Source: Octopus bimaculoides
Taxonomy: Eukaryota
Assembly: GCF_001194135.2 (NCBI RefSeq)
Contig: NC_068996.1
Location: 54,368,976-54,418,000, forward strand
DNA length: 49,025 nt
Direction of reading: 5' to 3'
In this document: positions 13,291-26,373 of the stretch, in pieces
Layout of the letters: each line of letters begins with the position of its first letter
How positions within the stretch are numbered: the first letter of the stretch is position 1
The notes under the pieces: model-generated
The model's database searches: none
The model's input: the letters and a program-made list of their open reading frames with translations, nothing else
Told to the model about the DNA's origin: nothing
Translations under genes and position numbers: made by a program

Positions 13291-13779
13291 ATGTATATAT
13301 CTATGTGTGTATGTATGTATTATGTATGTATTATGTATGTGTGTGTGTGTGCATGTCAGTGTTCCTTTGCGATAGACAGCAGAAAAGCCGTCTACACCCC
13401 TCTCTCCTAAAAGCTACGAATTCCTCACACTCAACTTTCTTTTCCTTCCACAGCGTTTTAAAAGTTAGTTACGTGTATGCACATGTGTATGTATGCATGT
13501 ATTAATGTATTTGACGTAAGTATGTATGGAGCGTCGCGCGTATATTCATAAATGATAGTTGTTTTAACGTTACCATTCCACTGCCACTCCATATTTGTCA
13601 CTTATATAACACCGTCCCTGATATCACCCACACCCACTATGACACAACATTTCTCTCATGCTAACACTTTTAGCACCTTTCTCATTTTATCAAATAATAG
13701 CCCAACCCTTAACCCTCCAGGGAGGGCCCATTATATATTTCATTGAAATCCAATTCGTCTATAATTGAACTGGACGTTA

Positions 13780-13892
13780 GTTTAACATGTATGCAAAGTT
13801 TCATCAAGATTGGTTCACTGGTGTAGGCAGCAAGAGGGTAACAGACACATCTACAGATAGAAATTGCCATTTATGTATAATATATATATATA
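13780..13892 (+). mobile_element. possible Helitron/Helentron-associated non-autonomous element terminus
   Basis: tgcaaagtttcatcaagattggttca...acagacaca..acagatag..catttatgtataatata resembles the AAATTTCATCAAGATCGG...ACAGACAGAC...CATTTATAATA ends of DINE-1/Lep1-like elements (from memory). Confidence 0.4.
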
Positions 13893-14089
13893 TATCATTA
13901 ATGTAAGCAGCATTAATCTTTGATCAATAGACTAGTTGAGTAAACCTCTCGATAATGTACCTATAATGGCTACTAGAAACAGTTGTAAGGCAAATTTACT
14001 CCAATAAGGAAAAATATGCAATTACCATTATTTAATTTGTTCTATGTGTGTGTGTATGCGTGTGTCTGTGTAGACAGACAGGCAAACGG

Positions 14090-14130
14090 TCAATCGGTCA
14101 ATTGATAGACATCCAGACAGACAGACAAAC

Positions 14131-14195
<65 letters not shown>
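14090..14195. repeat. (GACA)n/(GATA)n microsatellite
   Basis: GACA units grading into about 15 GATA units. Confidence 0.95.
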
Positions 14196-14197
<2 letters not shown>

Positions 14198-14789
14198 CAA
14201 TTCGAATTATGCAATAGAAGTAGTTCTACAGGAAAAAGTTTATCAATACAACATACAACGCATATGTGTAGCTGAAAAGCAAGAGGCTGTGGTTTTCTTC
14301 CCGGTAAAATCTTTTTATAGACGTACAAATTGAAGAAAAAAGCAATCTTTTTTAGAGCTATGCGAAACGAAATTTATTCTGCTCGTGGAGTGATCTGCAA
14401 ATCAGTGTATAGTTTATACAATATCTGTGTATATTTATTACCATCTGATTCGATTTTGCTTCGGAAGTGACAGAAGTATGTGATATTGATAAGCTGCAAC
14501 AACGGCGAAATATTGTATTATTTGGTACTCTCGCAGTCACTTCTAGAGCGATTTCGTTTCGTCTTGTTCTGAAGTATATTGAGTTTTTAGCACAATACGT
14601 TTATAAAATGATTCCTTTCGGGGGAAGAATCGCAACCGCTTGGTTTCAACTATACAAATTCGCTATGTTCTGTTGATAAAGTAATAGTTCGAAACCTGAT
14701 ACAGATGTGTAACTCGAATAGTCTTCTGACTTTAATATATATGTGTGCGTGTATGTGTGTATGTATGTATGTATTATGTACGTGTGAAT

Positions 14790-15140
14790 GTACGTGTTCT
14801 GTTGTCAAAAGCAGGATACGTGAATCATATGAAGTCACATGAAAATCGTAATGCCCAGATAGGTAATGGGCTTGGACACCAACCGCCTGTTACGACAATA
14901 TCTGGACTTAAAAGACATATGCTAGTTCACAAAAACATTCCTTCAGAATCGGATTCCAAAGGGCAAAGATGTAGAAGAGACTTAAATAATATCTGTCACC
15001 TGTGTTTTAAAACTTATCAGTCAGCAGCTGGTCTTGAAAGTCCTCTAAGGGTTCATCAATGGAGTGATTGTACTGTGTGATGGGTTTGTTGTTGGTTGTT
15101 GATGGGACGGCTATTATCTGTCAAGATGAAGCAATATTCA
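14790..15140 (+). mobile_element. probable RTE-clade LINE 3' end with C2H2-like motifs
   Basis: LLSKAGYVNHMKSH, SGLKRHMLVHK, CHLCFKTYQSAAGLESPLRVH; no TGEKPY linkers; embedded in TATG/TG repeats. Confidence 0.5.
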
Positions 15141-15366
15141 TGTATGTACGTATATATGTATGTCATTGTTTAGTTTTATTTCAAGATTTCTTGCCAATAG
15201 AGAAAGAACCGGTTTCTAACCTAGATCCATGGTTCCTTCATTGGAATTTCAACATCAACAACAGGATATTTTTGTTTGTGTGCGTGCATGCATGCATGCA
15301 TGTATGTATGTATGTATGTATGTATGTATATATATATGTATGCATACATGTATGTATATGTGTACA

Positions 15367-15468
15367 TTTATGTTAACATCCACTGGGCAGCTAATTTCTC
15401 TTCTCTGTCCCAAATCATTATATCAGGTCTGTTGTGCTTATATTTTATTGAGGTCTTCACTTGAATAT
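15367..15468 (-). mobile_element. short RLE-region fragment of the Dong-like family at 47839-48685
   Basis: Aligns by eye to 48127-48245 with an internal deletion of about 20 bp; (TATG)n on both sides. Confidence 0.75.
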
Positions 15469-15655
15469 TATGAATGTATGTATGTATGCTTGTATGTATG
15501 TATGTATGTATGTATGTATACATGCATGCAAGAGATTGTGTTCGAGTTATACTTTTTTAGCAGTTTGGGAATCGGTTTAGTTTGGAATTTTATTTTCTCT
15601 CGCCTTTGTGGTTTCATGACCTTCTCAGTCCGTATAAAATGTCTCCATTTTATCG

Positions 15656-15745
15656 TCATTACTATCATTAGTCATTACTATCATTAGTCATTTACTATCA
15701 TTAGTCATTACTATCATTAGTCATTTACTATCATTAGTCATTTAC
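15656..15745. repeat. 16/17-bp tandem repeat, about 5.5 units
   Basis: TCATT(T)ACTATCATTAG; unit lengths 16,16,17,16,17 and a partial. Confidence 0.95.
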
Positions 15746-18039
15746 ACGAGTAGAGTCGAGAATTTCTTCACATGTTAGTAAATGTACAAACCTTTTCTAT
15801 TCAAACTAAACATATTTTCCAACAACGGAATATGAAAAATCTTTAATAACAAAAGATAAATCTTTAACATAGACGTGTTTTCAATGTAACGGTTGAGAGA
15901 AGTATTCTCGACATATCTGTGTGCGTTTGTGCATGTATGTATGATATCTGATGGGGGGGTGCGTGTGTGTGCGTGTGCATGTGTGTGTATCTGTGCACTT
16001 ACGTCAAGCCTAATCTTTTCAGCTGTTTACGTTCTTGTTTCTCTACATAGTGAACAGATAGATTGAGTTTTGTTTCAATCGTACAACCGGTACTCAGTCC
16101 ATATAGCTGGCTCGATTTCTGTCTCAGCAGGCAAATACTAATACATCTAATTTAAAGAATGAAATAAACTGTATAAAGTTTATGCGTGTGATAACGCCAG
16201 CAAAGTAGCTATGCGAATGGACTCTGTTCAGAAACAATCCAGTTGTTTGTTAGATAATATAATGCTTTATTTTAATCAGACATATGTCTAATCAATGAAG
16301 GAATAGGATATAACGATTGGCACGTCATGATTATATCAGTGGTACTTTCTATATTGCCCCTCGATGTATGGAAAATATTGCTAACCATGAGGCATTTTGA
16401 AACACAACGAGGTATTTTGTGAAACACTCTATTCTGTTATCAACTCACTGTCTTTCTTTACATTACATAATAAATCGCTCCGTTACAAACAATAACTTCT
16501 TCGATGCTTACTCTGGCTTGCAATATATGAAGCTGGTAATAACATGGAGAAATGGAGAAAAGCTAATTATAACTCATGTTTTCCATTAACGAGCAGAAAC
16601 TTTGCGTGGAGTCCCCTTGCATATTGCTAACCTTGCATTATGAAATAAAGCATGATTGATTGTCTGTCAGAAGAACTGGTTTGATTTCTCTTATCGCGAG
16701 AGAGGTTTCTGTACAAACAGGAAGCTTGTTCCTGATAAACGTATGACTGGGCCTAGCAATGTGGTCTCTCCGCTTTGGCTAAATTAACAATTATGCGCGA
16801 ATGGGGGTAAAATCTCACACTCTGGCCTACTATCAGTTTAACAACCGTAAACTACCCAGTGGGCTAACTACCTGTTCGACAGTTTGTGTTTACTTTAAAA
16901 GCTAAAGTATATTAGCATAAATGTAAAAAGTATGGCTTAACAATGTTAAGCAATCCGTGATTACTTCTCTGGACTGTAAGCATGCTGCGTCCTCGATACA
17001 TCTAAAACAACTAACTGCATATAGAAAACTTCCCTTTACACAAATAATAATTGCACTCAAGGAAACTCTATTCACACCAATCCGAAGTGATTTAATGCAG
17101 TTTTGGAAACATGAGTTACAGCCTAAAATACCGAGAGAAAATTTCATTGTTATTTTAACTGACTACAATCTCTGCATTAACGTGTACGACCATCAGGAAA
17201 GTGAGCCATGCATTTGCGCAGTAAACATTTTGCGACATTTTCTTACATTCTTGACTATAGACAGGAGTCCTGGTCGTTTACTAAGCCCATCCTCGCAGAA
17301 ACACTCTTTAACTCAAAAGACTCCAAAATCGTACTTAGAGCCATTAAATCTGCTTTCAGCTCCAGTTTGCGCAGACACAATAATTTCCATACACTATTTC
17401 TCGGATGTATTTACTTCATCATCAAATATGTTGTGATGAAGGGGTTCGGTTTTTAATGTCAAAGAAAAGCCATGATTAACAAACGTTCGGTGTGCCACTG
17501 TGACGGTCATATTCACACCAAACTTTTCATCATTGCAAGCACGCATACTGACATACATTTAGAAACGCACAAACACTAGTTTCCTACTTCTCTCTATTTC
17601 TCTCTCTCTCTCTCTCTCTAGCTTTCTCTTTCTCTTTCCTTCTCTCTTCCTCTTTTTCCCCTCTCTTTTTCTCTCTCCCTTCTCTTTTTTTTTTCTTTGT
17701 ATATCTATTCCAAATTATGGATACATCTGACAATGTTTGCGTGTGTGTATGCGTATTAAAAACGTGCAAACTTTCGGATACAGCCAGCCGTCTTTTAGTT
17801 TTCAATAATATCTTGTAAAGATTTAAATCAATATTTATAAGTATAGCTTCTGTAAAACCAGTTTCACTGAAAATCTGCTTCCTTCCGTCAAGCAACAACA
17901 TTCTCGTCTTTAGATTTCAGAGACACAAAGTTGTAATCCTTGATACAACTAAAACTTAAGACTGCGCCTGAACAAGTATTTTACCAGTAAAGCTAGCCAA
18001 TAATTGATTTCACTTCTCTTTCACATTTTGCTCTTGTAC

Positions 18040-18650
18040 ACATGCAAGCAACGATTTACATACAAGACACTAAAAGTGAGCAACACTTTTCTACAGCCTT
18101 TACTCTCTGTGGAAAGCTACAAGGATTTTGGACAGGATGAGAATGTCAGTTATGATGGAACCATCAGTCAGGAAAAGATTAGGAATGAATACTTCATGAA
18201 AGTGTTTTTTTTTAAATGCTTTTCTGAACTCTCAGTTTACAGCAAGTATATTGCGTATATCACCTTTGCAATGTCTATCCTTATGCCCACATTTAGCCTT
18301 CTGTGCTGTTTACTTCAAGACTTCGATGACATAGGTATACGAATTCGCAAGCTGCGCAGTGTTACACAAAACTTCATCATCAAAGGAGATGTAGACAGGC
18401 TATGTTTCCCAAGCAATGAAGGAGGCCATTATCTTAAATCTGTATTGATGTCAAATGAAGCATAGATTGTGAGACTAAAAAAAACATCTACAGCAGACGA
18501 AAGAGACCAATAACTAATTTGTGTGAGTTTGTGACAATGCAATGCAAAACATAATTAGAATCGCTAATGAACTTGAGGAGGATTATGAAAAAAGAGTCGA
18601 TACAGATCTTTTCTAAAGGAGCATTGGTAAATTCCATTTATTAGAACAAT
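18040..18650 (+). mobile_element. Dong/R4-like LINE RT-thumb fragment
   Basis: ESYKDFGQDEN (from YKYLGQDEN), SELSVYSK, FAMSILMPTFSLL, IRIRKL, DVDRLCFPSNEGGHYLKS (from DVDRLYxPRxEGGRGLKS). Confidence 0.75.
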
Positions 18651-18667
18651 AAAATAATGTCCATGTC

Positions 18668-18700
<33 letters not shown>

Positions 18701-19240
18701 TGTATGTATGTATGTATGTATGTATATGCATGCATGTATATATATATATATATATATATANNNNNNNNNNNNNNNNNNNNNNNNNNNNNNNNNNNNNNNN
18801 NNNNNNNNNNNNNNNNNNNNNNNNNNNNNNNNNNNNNNNNNNNNNNNNNNNNNNNNNNNNNNNNNNNNNNNNNNNNNNNNNNNNNNNNNNNNNNNNNNNN
18901 NNNNNNNNNNNNNNNNNNNNNNNNNNNNNNNNNNNNNNNNNNNNNNNNNNNNNNNNNNNNNNNNNNNNNNNNNNNNNNNNNNNNNNNNNNNNNNNNNNNN
19001 NNNNNNNNNNNNNNNNNNNNNNNNNNNNNNNNNNNNNNNNNNNNNNNNNNNNNNNNNNNNNNNNNNNNNNNNNNNNNNNNNNNNNNNNNNNNNNNNNNNN
19101 NNNNNNNNNNNNNNNNNNNNNNNNNNNNNNNNNNNNNNNNNNNNNNNNNNNNNNNNNNNNNNNNNNNNNNNNNNNNNNNNNNNNNNNNNNNNNNNNNNNN
19201 NNNNNNNNNNNNNAGGCATTACCCTGTTATCTTACTGTAC

Positions 19241-19590
19241 ACACATACATACATACATACATACATACATACATACATACATACATACCTGCATGCATAC
19301 ACATATACATACCAGCATGCATACACACATACATACGTACACACACACATACACACACACACATACGTTCACACACATACATATATACATACATAGATAC
19401 ATACATACATACATACATAAATACATACATACATACATACATAATACATACATACATAAATACATACATGCATACATACATACATACATACATAAATACA
19501 TACATTTCATACATTCATACATACATACATACATACCTACATACATACATACATACATGCATACATACATACATACATACGTACATAATA
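19241..19590. repeat. (CATA)n compound microsatellite
   Basis: Long CATA tract with CA interruptions next to an N-gap. Confidence 0.95.
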
Positions 19591-21559
19591 CTTGCACCTG
19601 ATCACATGTGCATATTGCCGGTCATACATTGACCCTCCTCCATGCTGAAGTGAGAGAACCCCGCTCCGTGTATAATAAAGATTTTAGACGGCTTCAGAAA
19701 AGAAAATGGTTCGAATGATACGACCGTGTTCACTCCGGAGCTACTATCCTATTGATATGGTGAATAATCTTCCGCCTTTAATTATTAAAATGATCTTTTC
19801 TTCTCTTCACTCTTCAGTTACGTTATTTCCTATTTTAAATCCATTCAATAGCGATATCTTGTCATATATACAGTTTCTCACAAACAAAATATGTAATAAA
19901 TATTTTTTTGTCCTGTTATCTCTTCCTTGCTCCAACCGGAACGCCCATCAATAGTAAATGAAACTGAATATCTACTATATCGATCAGGCTAATTAAGGAT
20001 AGCCATTAATAAATTTTTATGCACCTCCAATCTTTCTTAAATTAAACGGTCGCTGATAACTAAAATCTTTAAATAAATATCTAAATATTCCTTATTTATT
20101 TTTTTGAAATCATCCCTTTTGAAAAAAAAATTATTTCATATAATTGTCTTTTATGAAATTCAAATAGAAGCAAACACAAAACAAACAACCTTTCCTTTGT
20201 CAAGTTTTTATTAAACAAATACAAAGAAAAAAAGTTGAAAACAGCAAAGAAGAAGAAGAAGAAGAGCAACAACAACAAAAATAACTGTTTCCAACATCGG
20301 TACAAGACGAGATTAAAGCAAAAACATTCAAAGTGAGACATGGAAACGCATGGAGAGAAATGTTAAATACTTGCAAAAAAGCCAATAATTGTTCGTTAGT
20401 TCACTCAGTGAATTATTTCGATCACTGAAATGGATTGCATTAAACAATCCATTTTCAGTGAGCGGGAGTCAGTGCACATCTGCTTATCAAATAATTACAA
20501 TGATACGATGGTAAATGGTGAACTAAGATAAAAAGAGACTAACCCTTTTAGATTTTATTTTCTTTATTTAGACATTTATATATTTTGTCAAAAGGAAAAG
20601 GGCAACACACTTAAGTTTTGCAAAACTTCCATGGGTGGTTTGTTAAAGGAGTGAAGAAACTGATTCATCCAAGCATAACAACTTATCAATTATTTTCATA
20701 CCGAAAACCTTGTTTAAATTCTCGCAACATAATGGCTTTCACTCACTAACACCACCCGATACTGGCCGTGGCATTAAACTAGATGAAGATTAGTTCTACT
20801 ACCTAAAAGAAGATACTGTCTATCAGTCGGGCTTCTATACAATTTTTATCATGAATAAGGTTTGTGTTGATTTGAGGTTGAGATTTAAAGATACTTGCTC
20901 AAGGTAACTGCTTAATGAAATCGAACTCAGAACTACGTTATAGGGAAGCGGGCTTCTTAACAATGCAACCATTTCCATCAACTCAACTCATTAATTACAA
21001 CTGTCTTCAACATTATATTCTATCGCTTCTATCCTATTTAAAAAAAGTAGAATGATGATTTAGTAAATCATCAATTTTTAATGCTACGTGTCCAGATTCT
21101 ACAGAATGGCTGTGATGTAAGGCGATCAAATTCAGTCAAAAGTTCCTATTTTTATTTCTAGTAGGTAATATCATCTCTTGATACATAATTGTAAAAAAGT
21201 TTTCCTAAAATTATCGAGTTCCAGTTTTGGATATTTTTACAAGGTGTAACATTAATAAAGTGAATTATAGTTTTTGAAAATACCTATTTGAGAAAAAAGT
21301 CTAAATAACCCAAGTTGATATGCTTGTTTACGCTCACATGAGAAATTACAAGTTAGAGAACAATAGAATTGAAACACTTTATGCTACGTTTCGCAGAATA
21401 AGAAGTTTCAATTTATATGCTGTTCGAATAACAGTTAGGGACATTTACTGATCCTTTGTGGTTTTGTCTGGATAAGGTCGGTTCAGCATATCCAGGAAGT
21501 GTTAGGATCAAATTACTACTTCCTTACTTTCAGTTGTTATAAGGATGCCGTCTTTATTT

Positions 21560-22060
21560 CTGACTCTGGCAAACTGGTTGGTATTGCTAATACAAAACCG
21601 GTTGGTGATCTTATAAATTGTATTCATCTCTGTCTTAATGTTGACTCAGAATGCTGGTGGGAAAAGGGAGGCATGAATCAGATTAATGCTTTCCACAATA
21701 GCAACCTGAAGAAAATCTGCCTCATCTTATGGCCCGAGAAAGTTTCAAATGAAGAACCGTACAGAAAATTTCTTGCTATAGTGTGATACTGGAAATAAAA
21801 CGCCGGGAGTTAAAATGGCTGGGTGATGCACTCAGAATACACTAGGGCAGGATACTAAAGATCGTATAAAGACGAGCGATACCTGGAAAGTGAAATCATG
21901 GCACCCAAGTAACAGCTGGCATAGATCAGTTGAAGGAGAGCTGTGAAAATAGATCTTACAAGGGACAAGATAGAGAGCTGCTTAAAAATAGATTTAAATG
22001 GCCTTGAATCAGTGAAGCCTTATATCCCAATCAGGATAAAATTGAAGTATATTAATAATT
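21560..22060 (+). mobile_element. RTE-clade LINE 3' fragment
   Basis: INAFHNSNLKKICLILWPEKVSNEE..ILEIKRRELKWLGDALRI matches the RTE C-terminal pattern CLRxIxxIxWPxxISN...RRxxWLGHxLR. Confidence 0.75.
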
Positions 22061-22342
22061 ACTTTTCCACTGATCAACTATAATAAAATTATATATAGAA
22101 TATAGATTAATGGAAACCTGATATATAATTCTATACTATTCATGATTTTAGCTGATTTTATATATGTAACATGAATGGTTCTTTTGTTTATCAAGTAATT
22201 ATAATTTTACTTAATTCATCATTCTATTATTTAATTTTACTTCATTTCACGAATTTATATTTTACAAAATTATTTTATCGCTTTTATGATATATTTTTTT
22301 TAAATTCTTATTAACTTATCAATAATTATTTTCTATTTCCAG

Positions 22343-22763
22343 AGTATCAGCACATTGTTTAGCGCTCTAAAAGTGGTCCGACTCCTTCGCCTCGGTCGTG
22401 TGGTCCGAAAGCTGGACCACTATCTGGAATATGGCGCAGCCTTTCTGGTTCTTCTTATCTTAGTGTTTTTACTATTTGCCCACTGGTTTGCATGTATCTG
22501 GTATTCAATTGGCTACAGTGAAGCAAAACAGTTAATCTCATATGGCTGGATGTCGAAACTAAGTGATGTGACGAAGAAACCATTTTATATAAATAAAACG
22601 GAACTAGGAAGTGAGGATTTAAACGGTGGTCCGACCAAGGACATGCGATACATGACTTCATTATACTTTACGTTATCTTGCATGACAAGCGTAGGATTTG
22701 GAAATGTGGCGGCCAATACAGTAAACGAGAAAATATTTGCTACCTTTATGATGATTTGTGGAG
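22343..22763 (+). CDS. eag: eag-family (Kv10/KCNH1-5 type) K+ channel internal exon: S3-S4 linker end, S4, S5, pore helix, selectivity filter, first half of S6
   Basis: Acceptor ttccAG ends at 22342 after a long pyrimidine/AT tract; donor GTAACT at 22764. Translation SISTLFSALKVVRLLRLGRVVRKLDHYLEYGAA...AHWFACIWYSIG...YFTLSCMTSVGFGNVAANTVNEKIFATFMMICG. The S4 KVVRLLRLGRV motif and TSVGFG filter (22685-22702) are diagnostic of the eag subfamily. 421 bp, phase 0 in, phase 1 out. Confidence 0.97.
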
Positions 22764-23581
22764 GTAACTTTATTTTTATTTCTTTTACCTTCAAACAATT
22801 TTAATTTTTCTTTAAATAGTTTCACTTTTGAATACGGTTCCAAATAAAGAAATTTTATGCACCCTTGCTATATACAATGTAAATCAACGAGTATTCGCAC
22901 GTTAGACAAATTTTATATCTCTATTAGTAAAGCAATGCATTTTTATTGTTTTGGATGAAAACCAGCTAACCTATTCAACCCCTGATAATGGATATGTATG
23001 TACCTTTAAGTTTCTAACCACCCCCATGTCATGATCTACCAACAGTAAACAGGTACCATGAAGTGAACATTCCTCACTCCAACAGTGGGAAATCTATGGA
23101 AAATTGCTATTTAAAATACGGGTTCTAAATCATTTCGTAATTTTGTGTCTTTGACAATCTGACGATGCGTTTTGATATGCTGTATAATTAAGTTGTTCTA
23201 TTAAACAAATGCTTATTCATTCTGTAGAGTCATATTAAATCATCTGGAAAACGGGATTTCAATGTCTGAATTCTTTCCAGCGAATAAATTGCTTGTATCG
23301 TTTATTAGCATGAAAACTGAATTGAATTTGTTTATTAACATTCTACAATCACATTACTTCTAAAACTAACAGAATGGTCGATATGGACCCTGTTTTTGAA
23401 TCGAGAAAACAAAATTTAATCCAATAAATGGCGTTAATCTATTTTATTCACTAAAAGTTTTGTTGATTTAAAGGCTTTAATATTGCATTAGGTTCCTAAA
23501 AGTTCAAAAATTTAAGAACTGGTGTGCCACTATTTTCTTAGCAATAATTCTTTGGAAAGAAACATCTACTCTACTAAATTA

Positions 23582-23898
23582 GCACTCTGTCGGTTGCGAC
23601 GATAAGTGTTCCAGCTGATGCGATCAACAGAACAGCCAGCTCGTGAAATTAACGTGCAAGTAGCTTCAAAAACACGAGTACTCTTAACATAGTTCTCAAG
23701 GAGATTCAACGTGACACAGAATATGACAAGGCTGGTCCTTTGAATTAAAAGTACAACTCATTTTTGCCAGCTGAATGGACTGGGACAACAAGAAATAAAG
23801 TGTCTTGCTCAAGGACCTAACGCAGCGCCGGGAATTGAACTCTCGACCTTACGAGCTTGAACCGAATGCCCTAATCATTAAGCCACGCGCTTTCACAC
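23582..23898 (-). mobile_element. tRNA-derived SINE with CORE-like centre, family B
   Basis: Minus strand gcgtggcttaatgattagggc...gagttcaattcccgg, then tccttgagcaagacactttatttc..ccagtccattcagctggcaaaaatgag. Confidence 0.8.
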
Positions 23899-24855
23899 CT
23901 ATACTCTGTAATGAAGTTTTAAAAGCTTATTCTTGTTACTTTGGACAAAAGTTAATTTAGAATTTCATTGAAAATACAGAAAAAATTTAGCAATTTTTTT
24001 CAACATAGAAAATACACTTAAAAATAGACTCTAAACATCACACAATGCTGTATAAAAGTGAGCTATGTGGTATTAAATACTAGGAATTAATTAAAACATT
24101 TAACAAGATTTCCTAACAGTAAGTTGTAAGATACAGTTACATTTTAACAAAGAGAGTTCCTGATATAAGGTTCGTATACAGTTTTTGCCTCATAAATTTT
24201 GTAAAATTCCACAGAGGTCAGCTTTGTTTTTCAGTTAAGTACTGAGGAATAATATAATGGATGGTTCTCCTCCCCAAAATTTGGGGTCCTTATGTCTATG
24301 CCATAAACAGTTATATGATGAGGGATATGTTATTATATATGATAATAGAAAAAATATCATATCTTTGTGGAATAGAAATGAGTCAAAGTACTGCAATTAA
24401 TTGAAAATCTTCTTTTTCTTTTTTTTTTTTTTTTGGCTTGTGAAAATGAGAATTTAAAATTGAGAATTCTGAAAATGAGAATTTAACAAATAAAATAATG
24501 TAAAACATGCAAAAAATGAGTTTCCTATTGAATTGTATGAGTCTCGTGTTTAACAGAGATCTAAATGTTTTTAGTGCAAAGATCACGTCCAAATGTCTGC
24601 GCTTTTGTGAAGATATAACTGATTCTCAGTAAAATTATTATTACCCAAGTGATATTTTTGATAGAAACACCTTACATAACCGAAATTTCTCAAATAGAAA
24701 AGTAATCATAATAGATGAGACGTTCGATTACTGACTTCAAACGTACTGTAGGCATTCAGTATATTTCAAGTAAAGACATCTACTTTTATGCTGTGCAATT
24801 TCCTTATAGCCTAGCTTCTTATCCTGGATAATCTCTTTCTCTTTCTCTCTTTTCC

Positions 24856-25235
24856 TTGTTTCAGTCATACGACTGCGGCCATGCTGGCGCACCGCCTTTA
24901 GTCGAGCAAATCGACCCCAGGACTTATTCTTTGTAAGCCTAGTACTTATTCTATCGCCGAACCTCTAAGTTACGGGGACGAAAAAACACCTGCATCGGTT
25001 GTCAAGCGATGTTGGGGGGACAAACACAGACACACAAACATATACATACACACATACGTTTATATATATACATATATACGACGGGCTTCTTTCAGTTTCC
25101 GTCTACTAAATACACTCACAAGGCTTTAGTCGGCCCGAGGCTATAGTAGAAGACACTTGCCCAAGGTGCCGCGCAGTGGGACTGAACCCGGAACCATGTG
25201 GTTGGTAAGCAAGCTACTTACTACACAGCCACTCC
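24856..25235 (-). mobile_element. tRNA-derived SINE with internal TA/TG microsatellite, family C
   Basis: Minus strand ggagtggctgtgtagtaag...ggttccgggttcagtccc, ccttgggcaagtgtcttc, internal (TA/TG)n, tail ...atgactgaaacaag; little decay. Confidence 0.85.
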
Positions 25236-26373
25236 TTTTCATTCATTTTAATTTATTGAGACAAAGATTAAGAATCAGTTTTATGAATTCCTGAAATTTA
25301 AAAAAAAGACAAAAATCAATGTTCCACAAAATTCAAAAATCAAACTGCACAATGCTAAAGCATTGACATTTCATTTCTACTGATAAATTTTGGAGTTTTT
25401 CAATTTTTAATTTTAATTTTTTTATTTTATTTTATCTATTTATTTATTGGTGGGCTCAGAGTTCTAAATTATCTGGGCATTGAGACTAGCACATACGATT
25501 TTCATTTCTTAATCATGGCCAGAATAGTGCATTTTTGTAATAAGAAAGTATGCGTTTAAGTATTTAGACTTCAAGCTAAGAACTTGGAAAACGCATGAAC
25601 TGTATATTTAATTAATATGACTTAAGCTTTACGATAAAGCAGAAACTGGAAGTATCAATAGTTTCCGTGTTCCAAAGGATTGGCAACTTGTCAACAGTAT
25701 TTGCTACTGTGCATAGCCAAGCCACGTTCCTCTTGACAATACATTTGGTAACTATGTTTAGATGCTGTTCACCACTGCAAATAACGAGGTACAATTGATG
25801 TATGTTTAACAAGTGCTTCATTAGCTTCTGAACTGAGTTCAAGCGTTCCCATAAGCTTCATACTTATTTCAACCAATATTATATTCTCACTTACTCTAAC
25901 GCCAGGCTAGAGGAGAAAGGATGTTCTTGTGCTTTGATCACGATATGGCGTGCTGCCAATAATATGAGACAAACTGAGGACACCTCAGAATAAGATTTTC
26001 AGTCATAATCAACTCAGTGAAAGTGATTTCACATCAAGTAATTCGACAGAGTATTTTCTAGGAGTTTCACTTTTTTAACAAGGATTCATGAAATAGTTTC
26101 GTATCAAGATTTTGCGGAAGAGAATCGCAGATGACTCCAGGACATTTTCATAGTCTGCATCCATCTGATAGTGTGAGTGATTTAGTTATTTGAAGTCAAG
26201 ATATAACGCTGGATCTTCATTCCGTTGAGTATGTCTATTGTTTGAAGGCATTTAATGAGTCTAGTGATTTTGCCGAGGAAGCGAACTCAGATACGACTGG
26301 GAGAAAAATAGTCTCGATTTTGAAACGGTATTTGGTGAAGTCCCACATACTTTGTAAATAATATTTCAAAAGC

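Noticed and set aside
14745-15080. Host C2H2 zinc-finger gene exon
   Set aside because: No TGEKPY linkers, incomplete CxxC pairs, no clear splice sites; better explained as a LINE tail.
20780-20975. Further SINE-head remnants (also near 36340-36370 and 44060-44120)
   Set aside because: Too degenerate to delimit or assign.
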